DNA of 64,000 bases from an uncultured Clostridia bacterium (GTDB taxonomy: Bacteria > Bacillota > Clostridia > UBA1381): NCBI GenBank assembly GCA_944392335.1, contig CALXWJ010000005.1, positions 9 to 64,008 of the forward strand, read 5' to 3'. The notes under the pieces are model-generated. The model was not told the DNA's origin. It was given only the letters and a program-made list of their open reading frames with translations, and did no database searches. Shown one piece after another: positions 17,944-27,117 of this stretch. Both the position numbers and the translations under genes were made by a program. How positions within the stretch are numbered: the first letter of the stretch is position 1; each line of letters begins with the position of its first letter.

Positions 17944-18741
17944 ATGAACAAAAACACATTTACAAAAATCAATTTAACAAAAGGTGAGGTCAATGTATAC
18001 GATTTCGGAGAACTGAAACTCCATGCGTATAAAACAAACGACTTGATCGACGATGAGGTATTTATAGTAGAAAAAAACTTAAAAGCGGTCGTTATTGAAT
18101 CTCCTTGTTTTTTTGATAACAATTCAGAGCTTGAAAAATATATTGCTGATAACGGCATGAATGTGCAGGGTATGCTGTTGGCATATCATATGGCAGGGGC
18201 GGGATTTTTGCCCAATGTAAAGAAGTATGCCACAAAAAATGCTGATGAATATGGTCACAGCGGCGGCGGTAAAGGTCTAATTGATAACTTCACAAATGCA
18301 TTTGGAGATATTTTCGACAACAGTATTCACACAATTACCGATTATATTGAGGAAGGCACGATAACAATCGGCGGTATCAAGCTTAATATTACACAGACGC
18401 AAGAAGCCTATGATATTGAAATCCCCGAAATCAATGCGGTATATACGCATATGCTCGGTCATGACTGCCATTCCATTGTTGCCGGTATGGGTCATGCCGA
18501 CGCGATTATCAATCAGCTTAATACTTATTTGGAAAAAGGGTATACACTGATACTTACTTCACACTATACGCCGGAAGATTTGAAGGATGTAAAAACAAAA
18601 ATCGCATATTTGGATAATCTGAAAGCGATCGCGGGAAAATGCGGCAATGCGCAGGAATTTAAAGAAGAGGTTCAAAGGCAATATCCTCAATACAGCGGTG
18701 AAAATTATCTGGATATGACGGCGGGATTCTTCTTCGCATGA
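17944..18741 (+). CDS. Hypothetical protein (weak resemblance to an MBL-fold hydrolase)
   Basis: 265-aa ORF with a good RBS (AAGGAG). His/Asp-rich segments (HMLGHDCH, GMGHAD) but no clean HxHxDH motif, so function is uncertain. Confidence 0.45.
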   Translation: MNKNTFTKINLTKGEVNVYDFGELKLHAYKTNDLIDDEVFIVEKNLKAVVIESPCFFDNNSELEKYIADNGMNVQGMLLAYHMAGAGFLPNVKKYATKNADEYGHSGGGKGLIDNFTNAFGDIFDNSIHTITDYIEEGTITIGGIKLNITQTQEAYDIEIPEINAVYTHMLGHDCHSIVAGMGHADAIINQLNTYLEKGYTLILTSHYTPEDLKDVKTKIAYLDNLKAIAGKCGNAQEFKEEVQRQYPQYSGENYLDMTAGFFFA

Positions 18742-18859
18742 GCTTGTCTGAGATGAAAATATATAGAAAAAACAGCGGATTTGTGTTTTCAATTCCGCTG
18801 TTTTTTATTGGGAAATTTATTTGTGCATTGCTGTTTGCAGCCCTTTTAAAGTTGTACGT

Positions 18860-19002
18860 TATAACTGCGGACAAGATGTCCGCCGCCGTAATCGGCGGGG
18901 GTTGCATATTTGTAATCAGTGAGAGTACAATTTCCCGCTGATTACAGCAAAGCACAGCCTGCGCGCTTGTCCTCGTCCAAGATGGGACAAGCCCTTATTG
19001 AA
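18860..19002 (+). repeat. Structured intergenic repeat, copy 2
   Basis: TATAACTGCGGACAAGATGTCC.. then H1 CCGCCG-TAAT-CGGCGG and H2 TAATCAG..CTGATTA, ending ..GGGACAAGCCCTTATTGAA. Confidence 0.9.
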
Positions 19003-19145
19003 AAATGAAAGTCAATTGTGGAGGGTAAGGATAATAAATTGTATTTTATCCTATATGGTATTTTTTAATAAAAAATAAAAAATCATGTCACCTTTTGTGT
19101 TTTGTATGCATCTATATTTTAGAACAGCGAAACGGTGGTGTGATA

Positions 19146-20540
19146 ATGGTATTCAGCAGCATAGAATTTATTTTTGTTTTTGTTCCGATATTTTTTGGAT
19201 GTTACTATCTTGTACCTGACGGTATCAAAAATATTATATTACTTATAGGAAGCTTATGTTTTTATTTTATAGGCACAATACATAATCCTGAATATTTTAT
19301 ACTGTTCTTAATAAGCATTATTATTGATTATATGATAGGATTACTCATTGAAAAAAATACAAAATATAAAAAGCTATATCTTATGACTGGGATTGCTTTT
19401 CATGTGATCTGTCTTTGCGCTTTTAAGTATTTGGGATTTATAATTGGGGAAATCAACCGATTTATACCAACCCTTAATGTCAGCATTGATATACTGCTGC
19501 CCATAGGTATATCATTTTATACCTTTCAAGGCATATCTTACATTGTTGATGTTTACAGGGGAGCAGAAAAAGCAGAAAAAAGCCTTATTAGATATGCCGT
19601 GTATATATCAATGTTTGAACAGCTCATTGCAGGCCCCATAGTAACCTACGGTCAGGTCAAAAAAGAGCTGTATCACAGAAGGATCAGCATATACTCCGTA
19701 TTCAACGGCATCAGGATTTTTATTTTCGGTTTGGGTTTAAAAGTACTGCTTGCAAATCCTATCGGAAAACTGTGGACCCAGGTTTGTTCGATCGGCTTTG
19801 AAAGCATATCAACGCCTCTTGCATGGATGGGGATAACAGCATATTCATTTCAAATATATTTTGATTTTTTCGGTTATTCTCTGATGGCAATAGGACTTGG
19901 TAAGATGCTGGGGTTTGATCTTCCGAAAAATTTTGATCATCCGTATGTTAGCTGTTCTATGACAGAGTTTTGGCGGCGATGGCATATTACGTTAGGGACA
20001 TGGTTTAGAGAATATGTATATATCCCGCTCGGCGGGAACAGAAACGGAAATATTGCAACGATCAGAAATTTACTTGTTGTATGGTTGTTAACAGGAATAT
20101 GGCATGGTGCGGGATATAATTTTATAATGTGGGGAATGGTCTTGTTTATAATCATAATAATTGAAAAATTCTTTATAGGGGGATTTTTACAAAAAGTCCC
20201 GGTTATCGGCCATGTATATATGATTTTGCTTATTCCTTTGACTTGGGCAATATTTGCAATCAATGATTTTGAGCAGCTTAAAATATTCTATACTCGTCTT
20301 TTTCCATTTTTCGGTCAAGGAGTTTGGTCGGTTTTTCGATATGATTATCTGAAATACTTAAAAATGTATTATCCGTTTTTTGCAGCCGGAATATTATTTT
20401 CAACCCCGCTCCTATTTCGCATGTTAAAAAAAATAAAAAATCAAACTGTTATATGGCTGCTGCTTATTGTAATATTTATTGCCTGTGTATATTGTATGTA
20501 TAGTGGTTTAGATGACCCATTCCTATATTTTAGATTTTGA
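19146..20540 (+). CDS. MBOAT-family membrane O-acyltransferase (AlgI/PatA/DltB-like)
   Basis: Polytopic protein with N-terminus MVFSSIEFIFVF and the conserved region FWRRWHITLGTWFREYVYIPLGGNR with catalytic His. Confidence 0.85.
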   Translation: MVFSSIEFIFVFVPIFFGCYYLVPDGIKNIILLIGSLCFYFIGTIHNPEYFILFLISIIIDYMIGLLIEKNTKYKKLYLMTGIAFHVICLCAFKYLGFIIGEINRFIPTLNVSIDILLPIGISFYTFQGISYIVDVYRGAEKAEKSLIRYAVYISMFEQLIAGPIVTYGQVKKELYHRRISIYSVFNGIRIFIFGLGLKVLLANPIGKLWTQVCSIGFESISTPLAWMGITAYSFQIYFDFFGYSLMAIGLGKMLGFDLPKNFDHPYVSCSMTEFWRRWHITLGTWFREYVYIPLGGNRNGNIATIRNLLVVWLLTGIWHGAGYNFIMWGMVLFIIIIIEKFFIGGFLQKVPVIGHVYMILLIPLTWAIFAINDFEQLKIFYTRLFPFFGQGVWSVFRYDYLKYLKMYYPFFAAGILFSTPLLFRMLKKIKNQTVIWLLLIVIFIACVYCMYSGLDDPFLYFRF

Positions 20541-20553
20541 GAGGTAAAGAATA

Positions 20554-21408
20554 ATGAGAAGAACAAATTTAATCACACTTTTGTCTATGGTAATTTTACT
20601 AACTGTCGCTACAGTGTTAATCTTTTTTGGCGAGAAACCTTCTGTGAGGGCGGGAACAGAAAAATACAATAATACTTTACAAAATGACAATACAAAAGAA
20701 ATGCCGGTATCAGCCGATAAGAATACAGAAACGGCTGACTCAACCGATACTGACACAGAGCCGTCTGAATCAGACGCTGTAAATCTAACTGAAAATAAAA
20801 CTCCGCTTACAGACAGTTCTGAGATTTCAATGGACGATGCATTATTTATTGGTGATTCAAGAACTGTAGCTCTTTCGGAATATTCCGGTATAGAAGGTGC
20901 TGATTTTTTTGCGGAGATTGGTATGAGTGTGTATAATATTTATAAAAAGTCTGTTTCTGTCCCATCTGTGGGTAAAGTTACGTTAAAAGAATTGCTGAAT
21001 AATAAAAAGTATGGTAAAATATATATTATGCTTGGTATCAATGAAATAGGATATAAATTTGACAAGACTATAGCCAAATATAGTGAATTGATTAAATTCA
21101 TACAAGAAAAACAGTCGGATGCTGTCATTATAATACAAGCCAATCTGCATGTTACAAAAAGCCGTTCGGACGGGGATAAAATAATAAACAATAATGCTAT
21201 TAATGAACTTAATGCCGGACTGGCTGAACTTGCAGACGGAAAAAATATCTTTTATATTGATGCCAATGCTATCTTTGATGATGAAAACGGTGCTTTACCG
21301 GCTGATAAATCTGAAGATAATGTACATCTTTATGCGAAATACTGTATTCAGTGGGGTGAATGGATCGTAAGCCAGACAGCTTCATTGATAAGGGAGGGTC
21401 GATTTTGA
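20554..21408 (+). CDS. Membrane-anchored SGNH/GDSL-type partner protein (PatB/AlgX/DltD-like)
   Basis: N-terminal TM helix, a low-complexity linker, then block I FIGDSRT and the late D..H motif (EDNVHL). Confidence 0.65.
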   Translation: MRRTNLITLLSMVILLTVATVLIFFGEKPSVRAGTEKYNNTLQNDNTKEMPVSADKNTETADSTDTDTEPSESDAVNLTENKTPLTDSSEISMDDALFIGDSRTVALSEYSGIEGADFFAEIGMSVYNIYKKSVSVPSVGKVTLKELLNNKKYGKIYIMLGINEIGYKFDKTIAKYSELIKFIQEKQSDAVIIIQANLHVTKSRSDGDKIINNNAINELNAGLAELADGKNIFYIDANAIFDDENGALPADKSEDNVHLYAKYCIQWGEWIVSQTASLIREGRF

Positions 21409-21884
21409 TAGATAAAAATAAGTTTTGTGAATATATACGGCTTTGTGAGAGAGCAATGTATTATCTGGCTTTTTCTATCGTAAGAAATGATGCAGATGCA
21501 GGGGAGGTTATAAGCGAATCGATATACCGTGCATATAAAAACCTTGATACGCTTAAAAACGAAAATTCTTTTAAGCCATGGATGCTGCGCATTGTTCACA
21601 ATACGGCAGTTGAAATGATTCGCAAAAATTCAAAAATAATATCGATGGAAGAAATGAAAGATATTAATATTAACGGAAACGAGAATGAGATATCAACAAA
21701 GCTGGATCTGCGTGATGCTGTGGAAAGCTTAAGACAACCATATCGTGTAGTTGTTGTACTTTTCTATTATGAAGATCTGCCTGTATCAAAAATTGCACAA
21801 ATAACAAGCACAAATGCTGTTACCGTAAAAAAACAACTTTCCCGTGCAAGAAAAATGCTCAGAGAAATATTAAAGGAGGATTGA
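21405..21884 (+). CDS. ECF-type RNA polymerase sigma-70 family factor
   Basis: Region 2 (FKPWMLRIVHNTAVEMIRK) and region 4 HTH (LPVSKIAQITSTNAVTVKKQLSRARKML). TTG start at 21405 lies 6 nt after GGGAGGG and overlaps the upstream stop (TTGA). Confidence 0.8.
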   Translation: MIDKNKFCEYIRLCERAMYYLAFSIVRNDADAGEVISESIYRAYKNLDTLKNENSFKPWMLRIVHNTAVEMIRKNSKIISMEEMKDININGNENEISTKLDLRDAVESLRQPYRVVVVLFYYEDLPVSKIAQITSTNAVTVKKQLSRARKMLREILKED

Positions 21885-21889
21885 GATAT

Positions 21890-22783
21890 ATGAATGATTT
21901 TGATAAATATATAAAAAAGAAAGTATTAGAGGAAAAAACAGATATTCCTGATCGAATTAAAATTCAAGTAGAGCAAACCCTTGATAATTTGCCGGAAAAA
22001 ACAATCGCTATAAAACCGGCGCAAAGATTTTCTCATGTGGCAGCTGCTGCAGCCTGTTTCCTTTTTATAACGTTGTTTTTGCTACCTAATGTCAGCTCAA
22101 CGTATGCACAGGCATTAGAACAAATACCTGTTATAGGTAAAATTGTCCGGGTAATTACGATAAGAAATTATTTTTATTCTGATAAGTACCATGAGATGGA
22201 TATTAATGTGCCGGAACTGGAAGAAGGAAACAGCAATGCATTAGGGTTGATAAACAAAGATATAAGTGATCTTACACAAGTACTGGTCAACAGGTTTTAT
22301 GAAGACCTTGAAGCTATAGGAGACGATGCACATGGTTCGGTTTATGTTGATTATGAAACTGTGACCGACAATAATAATTGGTTCACCTTAAAGATTAGAG
22401 TCAATGAAGTTGTCGGAAGCAGTAATACTTATTTTAAATATTATCATATCAATAAAATGACAGGTGATATTGTAAAATTGGGAGATATGGCAAAGGATGA
22501 TGATTTTTATGATATTCTGGAACAGGAAATAAAAAGGCAGATGAAAGAAGAAATGGAAAAAGACAGTAATGTGATTTATTGGTTAGATGACAGTATAATA
22601 GGACAGGACTTTGTGTCGATATCGGATGATCATAATTTTTATTGGAATGAAAACGGAGGTTTGGTGATTCCGTTTGATAAATACGAGGTGGCTCCTGGAT
22701 CTATGGGGACGCCTGAATTTACAATAGATAAAAAAATTGTGGCAGATATTGTAAAACCTGAGTTTTCAAAAATAATTCCGTAA
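21890..22783 (+). CDS. Anti-sigma factor, RsiV-like (TM + DUF4163/DUF3298-type ectodomain)
   Basis: Short cytoplasmic N-terminus and a TM helix (AAAACFLFITLFLL). The ectodomain ends ..LVIPFDKYEVAPGSMGTPEFTI, typical of DUF3298. ATG 21890 lies 10 nt after AAGGAGG. Confidence 0.65.
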   Translation: MNDFDKYIKKKVLEEKTDIPDRIKIQVEQTLDNLPEKTIAIKPAQRFSHVAAAAACFLFITLFLLPNVSSTYAQALEQIPVIGKIVRVITIRNYFYSDKYHEMDINVPELEEGNSNALGLINKDISDLTQVLVNRFYEDLEAIGDDAHGSVYVDYETVTDNNNWFTLKIRVNEVVGSSNTYFKYYHINKMTGDIVKLGDMAKDDDFYDILEQEIKRQMKEEMEKDSNVIYWLDDSIIGQDFVSISDDHNFYWNENGGLVIPFDKYEVAPGSMGTPEFTIDKKIVADIVKPEFSKIIP

Positions 22784-22919
22784 TATTATTAAAAATAAAA
22801 CTTATATTAAAATTTTTTGCTTAGGTTATATCATAACAATTGTATTAATTTTACAATTTTTTTGCGGAAGTACAACATCTTTTTGTACATTTACAAAACA
22901 AAAAAATTTTGATTTCTAC

Positions 22920-22948
22920 TTGACAAATTCGTAAAATAATGATACACT
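22920..22948 (+). promoter_or_regulatory. Promoter TTGACA-17 nt-TACACT upstream of amt
   Basis: Perfect -35 at 22920-22925 and -10 at 22943-22948. Confidence 0.5.
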
Positions 22949-22959
22949 ATTGGTAAAAG

Positions 22960-23000
22960 AGAGCAAAGATGTTCCCGGGAGACGTCTTTGCTCTTTTTTG
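22960..23000 (+). terminator. Intrinsic terminator hairpin in the amt leader (possible attenuator)
   Basis: 13-bp stem AGAGCAAAGATGT / ACGTCTTTGCTCT with a 9-nt loop, then TTTTTTGTTTT. Ends 37 nt before the amt start codon. Confidence 0.6.
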
Positions 23001-23036
23001 TTTTATTATTTAAATCTAATTAGAGGTGGTGCTTGT

Positions 23037-24779
23037 ATGATGGAATATTCTTTAATTGATACGTTATGGGTGTTCTTATCAGCGATTCTGGTGTTTTTTA
23101 TGAATTTGGGTTTTGCTAGCGTAGAAGCAGGTTTTGCCCGGTCAAAGAACACGGTTAATATTTTGTCAAAAAACTTCATAGTATTTGCTGTTTCATCAAT
23201 TGGGTTTATGTTGCTTGGCTGGGGTATCATGTTTGGTGGCGATAATCCCTTTATTGGCACAGAGAACTTATTTATACTTGGTAACCGGGATTTGTCGGCT
23301 TACGATCAAACATTGACGTCTTCCGTTCCATTTTGGGGCAAATTCTTTTTCCAACTTGTATTCTGCGGTACAGCAGCGACCATTGTATCGGGTGCTGTAG
23401 CAGAACGTGTAAAATATATATCGTTTATTATATTTTCCTTCGTTTTAACCCTGATAATATACCCAATTGTCGGACACTGGGTTTGGGGCGGCGGCTGGCT
23501 TGCAGATCTTGGATTTATGGATTTTGCGGGAGATTCGGTCGTTCATTCTCTCGGCGGTTGGGCAGCACTTGCAGGTGCTATGATTCTTGGACCGCGTATC
23601 GGAAAGTATGATAAAAACGGAAAATCAAAGGCGATCCCCGGACACAGCATGTCATTGGCAGTTATCGGTTTATTTGTTTTATGGCTGGGTTGGTTTGGGT
23701 TTAATCCGGGATCTACTATGAGTTTTCAGAATCCGTCAGATGTATTTCACATACTGGTGACAACCAATACATCGGCAATCGCTGCGGTTTTGACTTCAAC
23801 TGCTACATCATGGATTGTTCAAAAGAAGCCGGATCTCGGTATGACGGTCAACGGTTGTTTGGCAGGTTTGGTTGCTGTTACAGGCGGATGTGCTTATGTT
23901 ACTATTGAAGTATCCCTGCTTATTGGTGCAATCGCCGGTATTTTGGTTGTATTTGCGGTTTTGTTCTTCGACAAGGTAAAGATTGACGATCCGGTTGGCG
24001 CAACATCTGTTCATCTTTGCTGCGGTGTTTTTGGAACGATCTGCGTCGGTCTTTTTGCTAAGGAAGGTGTAACAACCTTGTCCACGGCTAACGGGTTGTT
24101 TTATGGAGGAGGCGTTGGCCTTTTGGGTGTTCAATTATTGGGTATACTTGCTATAGGAGCATTCTCTTTTATTGCATCGGGTATTGTATGGTTCATTCTT
24201 AAAAAGACAATTGGAATTCGTGTTTCCAGAGAGGAAGAGATACAAGGCTTAGACATTGGAGAACACGGCAACATTGCTTATCCGGATTTTGCGCTCGTTG
24301 CTGAATCAGTTAATCCGGACGATATTCCAGCGGTTGTAAAGCCCGAATATAAGCATCCGGCTGTCAGCGTAGAAAAAGCAGTTCCAGTTGAACATCATGA
24401 GACTAATGGTGTTAAAATTACTAAAGTAACTATTTTAACTAATCAAAGCAAATTTGCTGAACTCCAGGAGTCGCTTGATAATCTAGGAATTACAGGTATC
24501 ACAGTTACAAACGTATTCGGCCATGGTCTGCAAAAGGGTCATCCGCTGTACTTTAGAGGAAGTCCTGTTTCATCTCGCTTGTTGCCTAAGGTCAAAATTG
24601 ATATTGTTGTATGTAAGATTCCCGTCGAGACATTAGTAAAAACTGTACAGGATACCTTATATACAGGAAATATCGGTGACGGTAAAATCTTTATTTATGA
24701 CGTTGAAGATGTTGTAAAAATTCGAACCGGTGAACGGGGATATGATGCTTTGCAGGACGAAGTGTCAGGTGATGACTAA
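23037..24779 (+). CDS. amt: Ammonium transporter fused to a C-terminal P-II (GlnB/GlnK-like) domain
   Basis: Amt core (..FMNLGFASVEAGF.., DFAGDSVVHSLGGW, HLCCGVFGT) followed by a linker and a P-II-like domain of about 110 aa (KITKVTILTNQSKF..GITVTNVFGHG..KIDIVV). Start set to MMEYS behind AGAGGTGG. Confidence 0.85.
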   Translation: MMEYSLIDTLWVFLSAILVFFMNLGFASVEAGFARSKNTVNILSKNFIVFAVSSIGFMLLGWGIMFGGDNPFIGTENLFILGNRDLSAYDQTLTSSVPFWGKFFFQLVFCGTAATIVSGAVAERVKYISFIIFSFVLTLIIYPIVGHWVWGGGWLADLGFMDFAGDSVVHSLGGWAALAGAMILGPRIGKYDKNGKSKAIPGHSMSLAVIGLFVLWLGWFGFNPGSTMSFQNPSDVFHILVTTNTSAIAAVLTSTATSWIVQKKPDLGMTVNGCLAGLVAVTGGCAYVTIEVSLLIGAIAGILVVFAVLFFDKVKIDDPVGATSVHLCCGVFGTICVGLFAKEGVTTLSTANGLFYGGGVGLLGVQLLGILAIGAFSFIASGIVWFILKKTIGIRVSREEEIQGLDIGEHGNIAYPDFALVAESVNPDDIPAVVKPEYKHPAVSVEKAVPVEHHETNGVKITKVTILTNQSKFAELQESLDNLGITGITVTNVFGHGLQKGHPLYFRGSPVSSRLLPKVKIDIVVCKIPVETLVKTVQDTLYTGNIGDGKIFIYDVEDVVKIRTGERGYDALQDEVSGDD

Positions 24780-24951
24780 ACATACGGTTGTGTTTTTCGT
24801 AATTTTCCTGCACAGAGCAACAGGTCATGCTAAGGTTCATCAAATCGAGCAGAGGCTAACTCATAATGAGTTTCATCTCTCTCATATCACCGTAAATGCC
24901 GTTAGGTATACGGCGGTTCAATTTATATTTTAGTATGTACGTTTACATAGT

Positions 24952-24979
24952 GGTCTGTTAGTGATAGCAGACCTCTTTT
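24952..24979 (+). terminator. Candidate terminator downstream of amt
   Basis: GGTCTG-loop-CAGACC followed by TCTTTT. Confidence 0.4.
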
Positions 24980-25185
24980 CTTTAGGCTTTTTGTCAATAG
25001 TTGGGGTAAAATAATTAAAATGAGATTTTGCAGCAAGCAGTTGTCATCAGGAAGCTGATTGTTCATTTATTGTTTTTTTAATAATTTTTCTCGGACAAGA
25101 AAATTCCCGTACTCCGGCATTACCCAATTATGAGAGAGCCGGGATACGGGGATTATTTTATCGGCTTGTCGGAGCGGGGGACAAG

Positions 25186-27117
25186 TTAATCCAACTCCAG
25201 TGTGCCGGTGTATAGTTGATAGTATGTGCCTTTTAGCTTGAGGAGTTCCTCGTGGGTTCCGCGTTCAATGATACGACCGTGATCCAATACCATAATAGCG
25301 TTGGCGTTCCGTACTGTAGAGAGACGGTGAGCAATAATAAACACAGTACGTCCGGTCATCAGTGCGTCCATGCCGCGCTGTACAATGGCCTCGGTGCGTG
25401 TGTCGATCGAGCTGGTCGCCTCGTCCATGATCATGACAGGCGGGTCGGCCACGGCTGCACGCGCGATAGCAAGCAGCTGGCGCTGACCCTGACTGAGGTT
25501 TGCACCGTTGCCGTGCAGCATTGTGTTGTAACCCTCCGGTAGACGGCGGATGAAGTTATCCGCACCGGCAAGCTCTGCCGCGGCAATACATTCCTCATCA
25601 CTCGCATCCAGATTGCCGTATCGGATATTTTCCATTACTGTGCCGGTGAAAAGATTCGTATCTTGCAGTATGATGCCCAGACTGTGACGAAGATCCGATT
25701 TCTTGATCTTATTGATATTGATGCCATCATAGCGTATCTTGCCATCGTTGATATCGTAGAAACGGTTGATAAGGTTTGTGATCGTGGTTTTGCCGGCGCC
25801 GGTTGAGCCGACGAAAGCCACCTTCTGACCGGGCTTTGCGTACAGCGAGATGTTATGCAGCACGGTTTTCTCCGGCGTGTAACCAAAGTTAACGTCATAA
25901 AAACGTACATCGCCCTGCAGGCGGGTATATGTGATAGTGCCGTCGTGGTGCTGATGCTTCCATGCCCAGACATTAGTACGCTCTTTGCACTCGCTCATAC
26001 TGCCGTCAGCATTTTCCTTAGCATTTACCAAGGTAACATAACCCTCGTCAGTTTCTGGTTGTTCATCCATCAGAGCGAAGATACGGTGTGCACCTGCAAG
26101 CCCCATGATAACCATGTTTATCTGGTTGGACACCTGTCCGATGGCGCCGGCAAATTGTTTTGTCATGTTCAAAAACGGTACAACAATGCTGATACTGAAA
26201 GCCATGCCGGAGATACTTATGTTGGTTACGTTTGACAACATCAATGCGCCGCCTGCCAGGGCAACCACAACGTACATTATGTTGCCGATATTACTCAGCA
26301 GGGGCATTAGGATGTTAGCAAAGCGGTTGCCGTTTCGGGCATTATAGAAAATTTCGCCGTTGACTTTGTCAAAATCGGCCTTAGCGCTTTCTTCATGACA
26401 AAAAACCTTGATTACTTTCTGCCCTGTCATCATCTCTTCCATAAAGGCCTCGGCCTTGGCGAGTGTGACCTGCTGGCGCAGAAAGTATTTAGAAGAGCGG
26501 TTGGTAATAGCACGAGCTGCAAACACCATGCAAATAACGCCAACAACAACAATCAGCCCTAAAATCACACTGTAATACATCATGATACAGAACACCGTCA
26601 ACAGCGTCACACATGAGATCAGAATCTGCGGCAGACTCTGGCTGATAAGCTGACGCAGAGTGTCTACGTCATTGGTGTAATAGCTCATGATATCGCCGTG
26701 ACCGTTGGTGTCGAAGTACTTAATGGGCAGATCCTGCATATGGCTGAACATTTTTTCACGCATTTTTTTCAAAGAGCCCTGGGTAATGATAGCCATCATC
26801 TGTGTGTAAAATGTTCCTGCAACGAGACTGATAATATACATCACGATCAGAACAGCCACGTAAGTGATAATACGCCCGGACACAGACGCCCAGTCGCCGC
26901 TCTTGTAGCTATCATCGACAATGGCAATAATATTCTGCATAAATATCGCGGGTATAGAACTGACAATGGCGTTAATGAGGATGCACACCAGTGTGATAGG
27001 CAACAACACCGGATAGAATTCAAACAAAGTACGCAGTAACCGGCGCAGCACACCTTTTGGCGCACGCTGACCCCGGGAAGTAGTAGTGGGAGCAGTATTG
27101 GTTTTATTCTTTGTCAT
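25186..27117 (-). CDS. ABC exporter, fused TMD-NBD half-transporter (heterodimer partner 2)
   Basis: Six-TM domain plus NBD with GSTGAGKTT, LSQGQRQLLAIARA and IMIMDEATS. Start set to MTKNKTN, overlapping the upstream gene by 14 nt. Confidence 0.9.
   Translation of the reverse strand: MTKNKTNTAPTTTSRGQRAPKGVLRRLLRTLFEFYPVLLPITLVCILINAIVSSIPAIFMQNIIAIVDDSYKSGDWASVSGRIITYVAVLIVMYIISLVAGTFYTQMMAIITQGSLKKMREKMFSHMQDLPIKYFDTNGHGDIMSYYTNDVDTLRQLISQSLPQILISCVTLLTVFCIMMYYSVILGLIVVVGVICMVFAARAITNRSSKYFLRQQVTLAKAEAFMEEMMTGQKVIKVFCHEESAKADFDKVNGEIFYNARNGNRFANILMPLLSNIGNIMYVVVALAGGALMLSNVTNISISGMAFSISIVVPFLNMTKQFAGAIGQVSNQINMVIMGLAGAHRIFALMDEQPETDEGYVTLVNAKENADGSMSECKERTNVWAWKHQHHDGTITYTRLQGDVRFYDVNFGYTPEKTVLHNISLYAKPGQKVAFVGSTGAGKTTITNLINRFYDINDGKIRYDGININKIKKSDLRHSLGIILQDTNLFTGTVMENIRYGNLDASDEECIAAAELAGADNFIRRLPEGYNTMLHGNGANLSQGQRQLLAIARAAVADPPVMIMDEATSSIDTRTEAIVQRGMDALMTGRTVFIIAHRLSTVRNANAIMVLDHGRIIERGTHEELLKLKGTYYQLYTGTLELD

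Noticed and set aside
18659-18955. ORFs crossing repeat copies that share peptides such as CCNQ(R/W)EIVLSLITNM (18659-18955, 40631-40885) or STRAR(A/T)L (52113-52394, 55376-55588). These raise the possibility that the repeat encodes a peptide.
   Set aside because: The open frame differs between copies. Starts and stops lie outside the repeat and are not conserved. Substitutions preserve hairpins (including G-U pairs) rather than codons.
22884-22900. TnrA/GlnR-like box (TGTNAN7TNACA) upstream of the amt promoter: TGTACATTTACAAAACA.
   Set aside because: It has two mismatches at invariant positions (the A of the left half-site and the T of the right half-site). The A+T-rich context makes such near-matches common.
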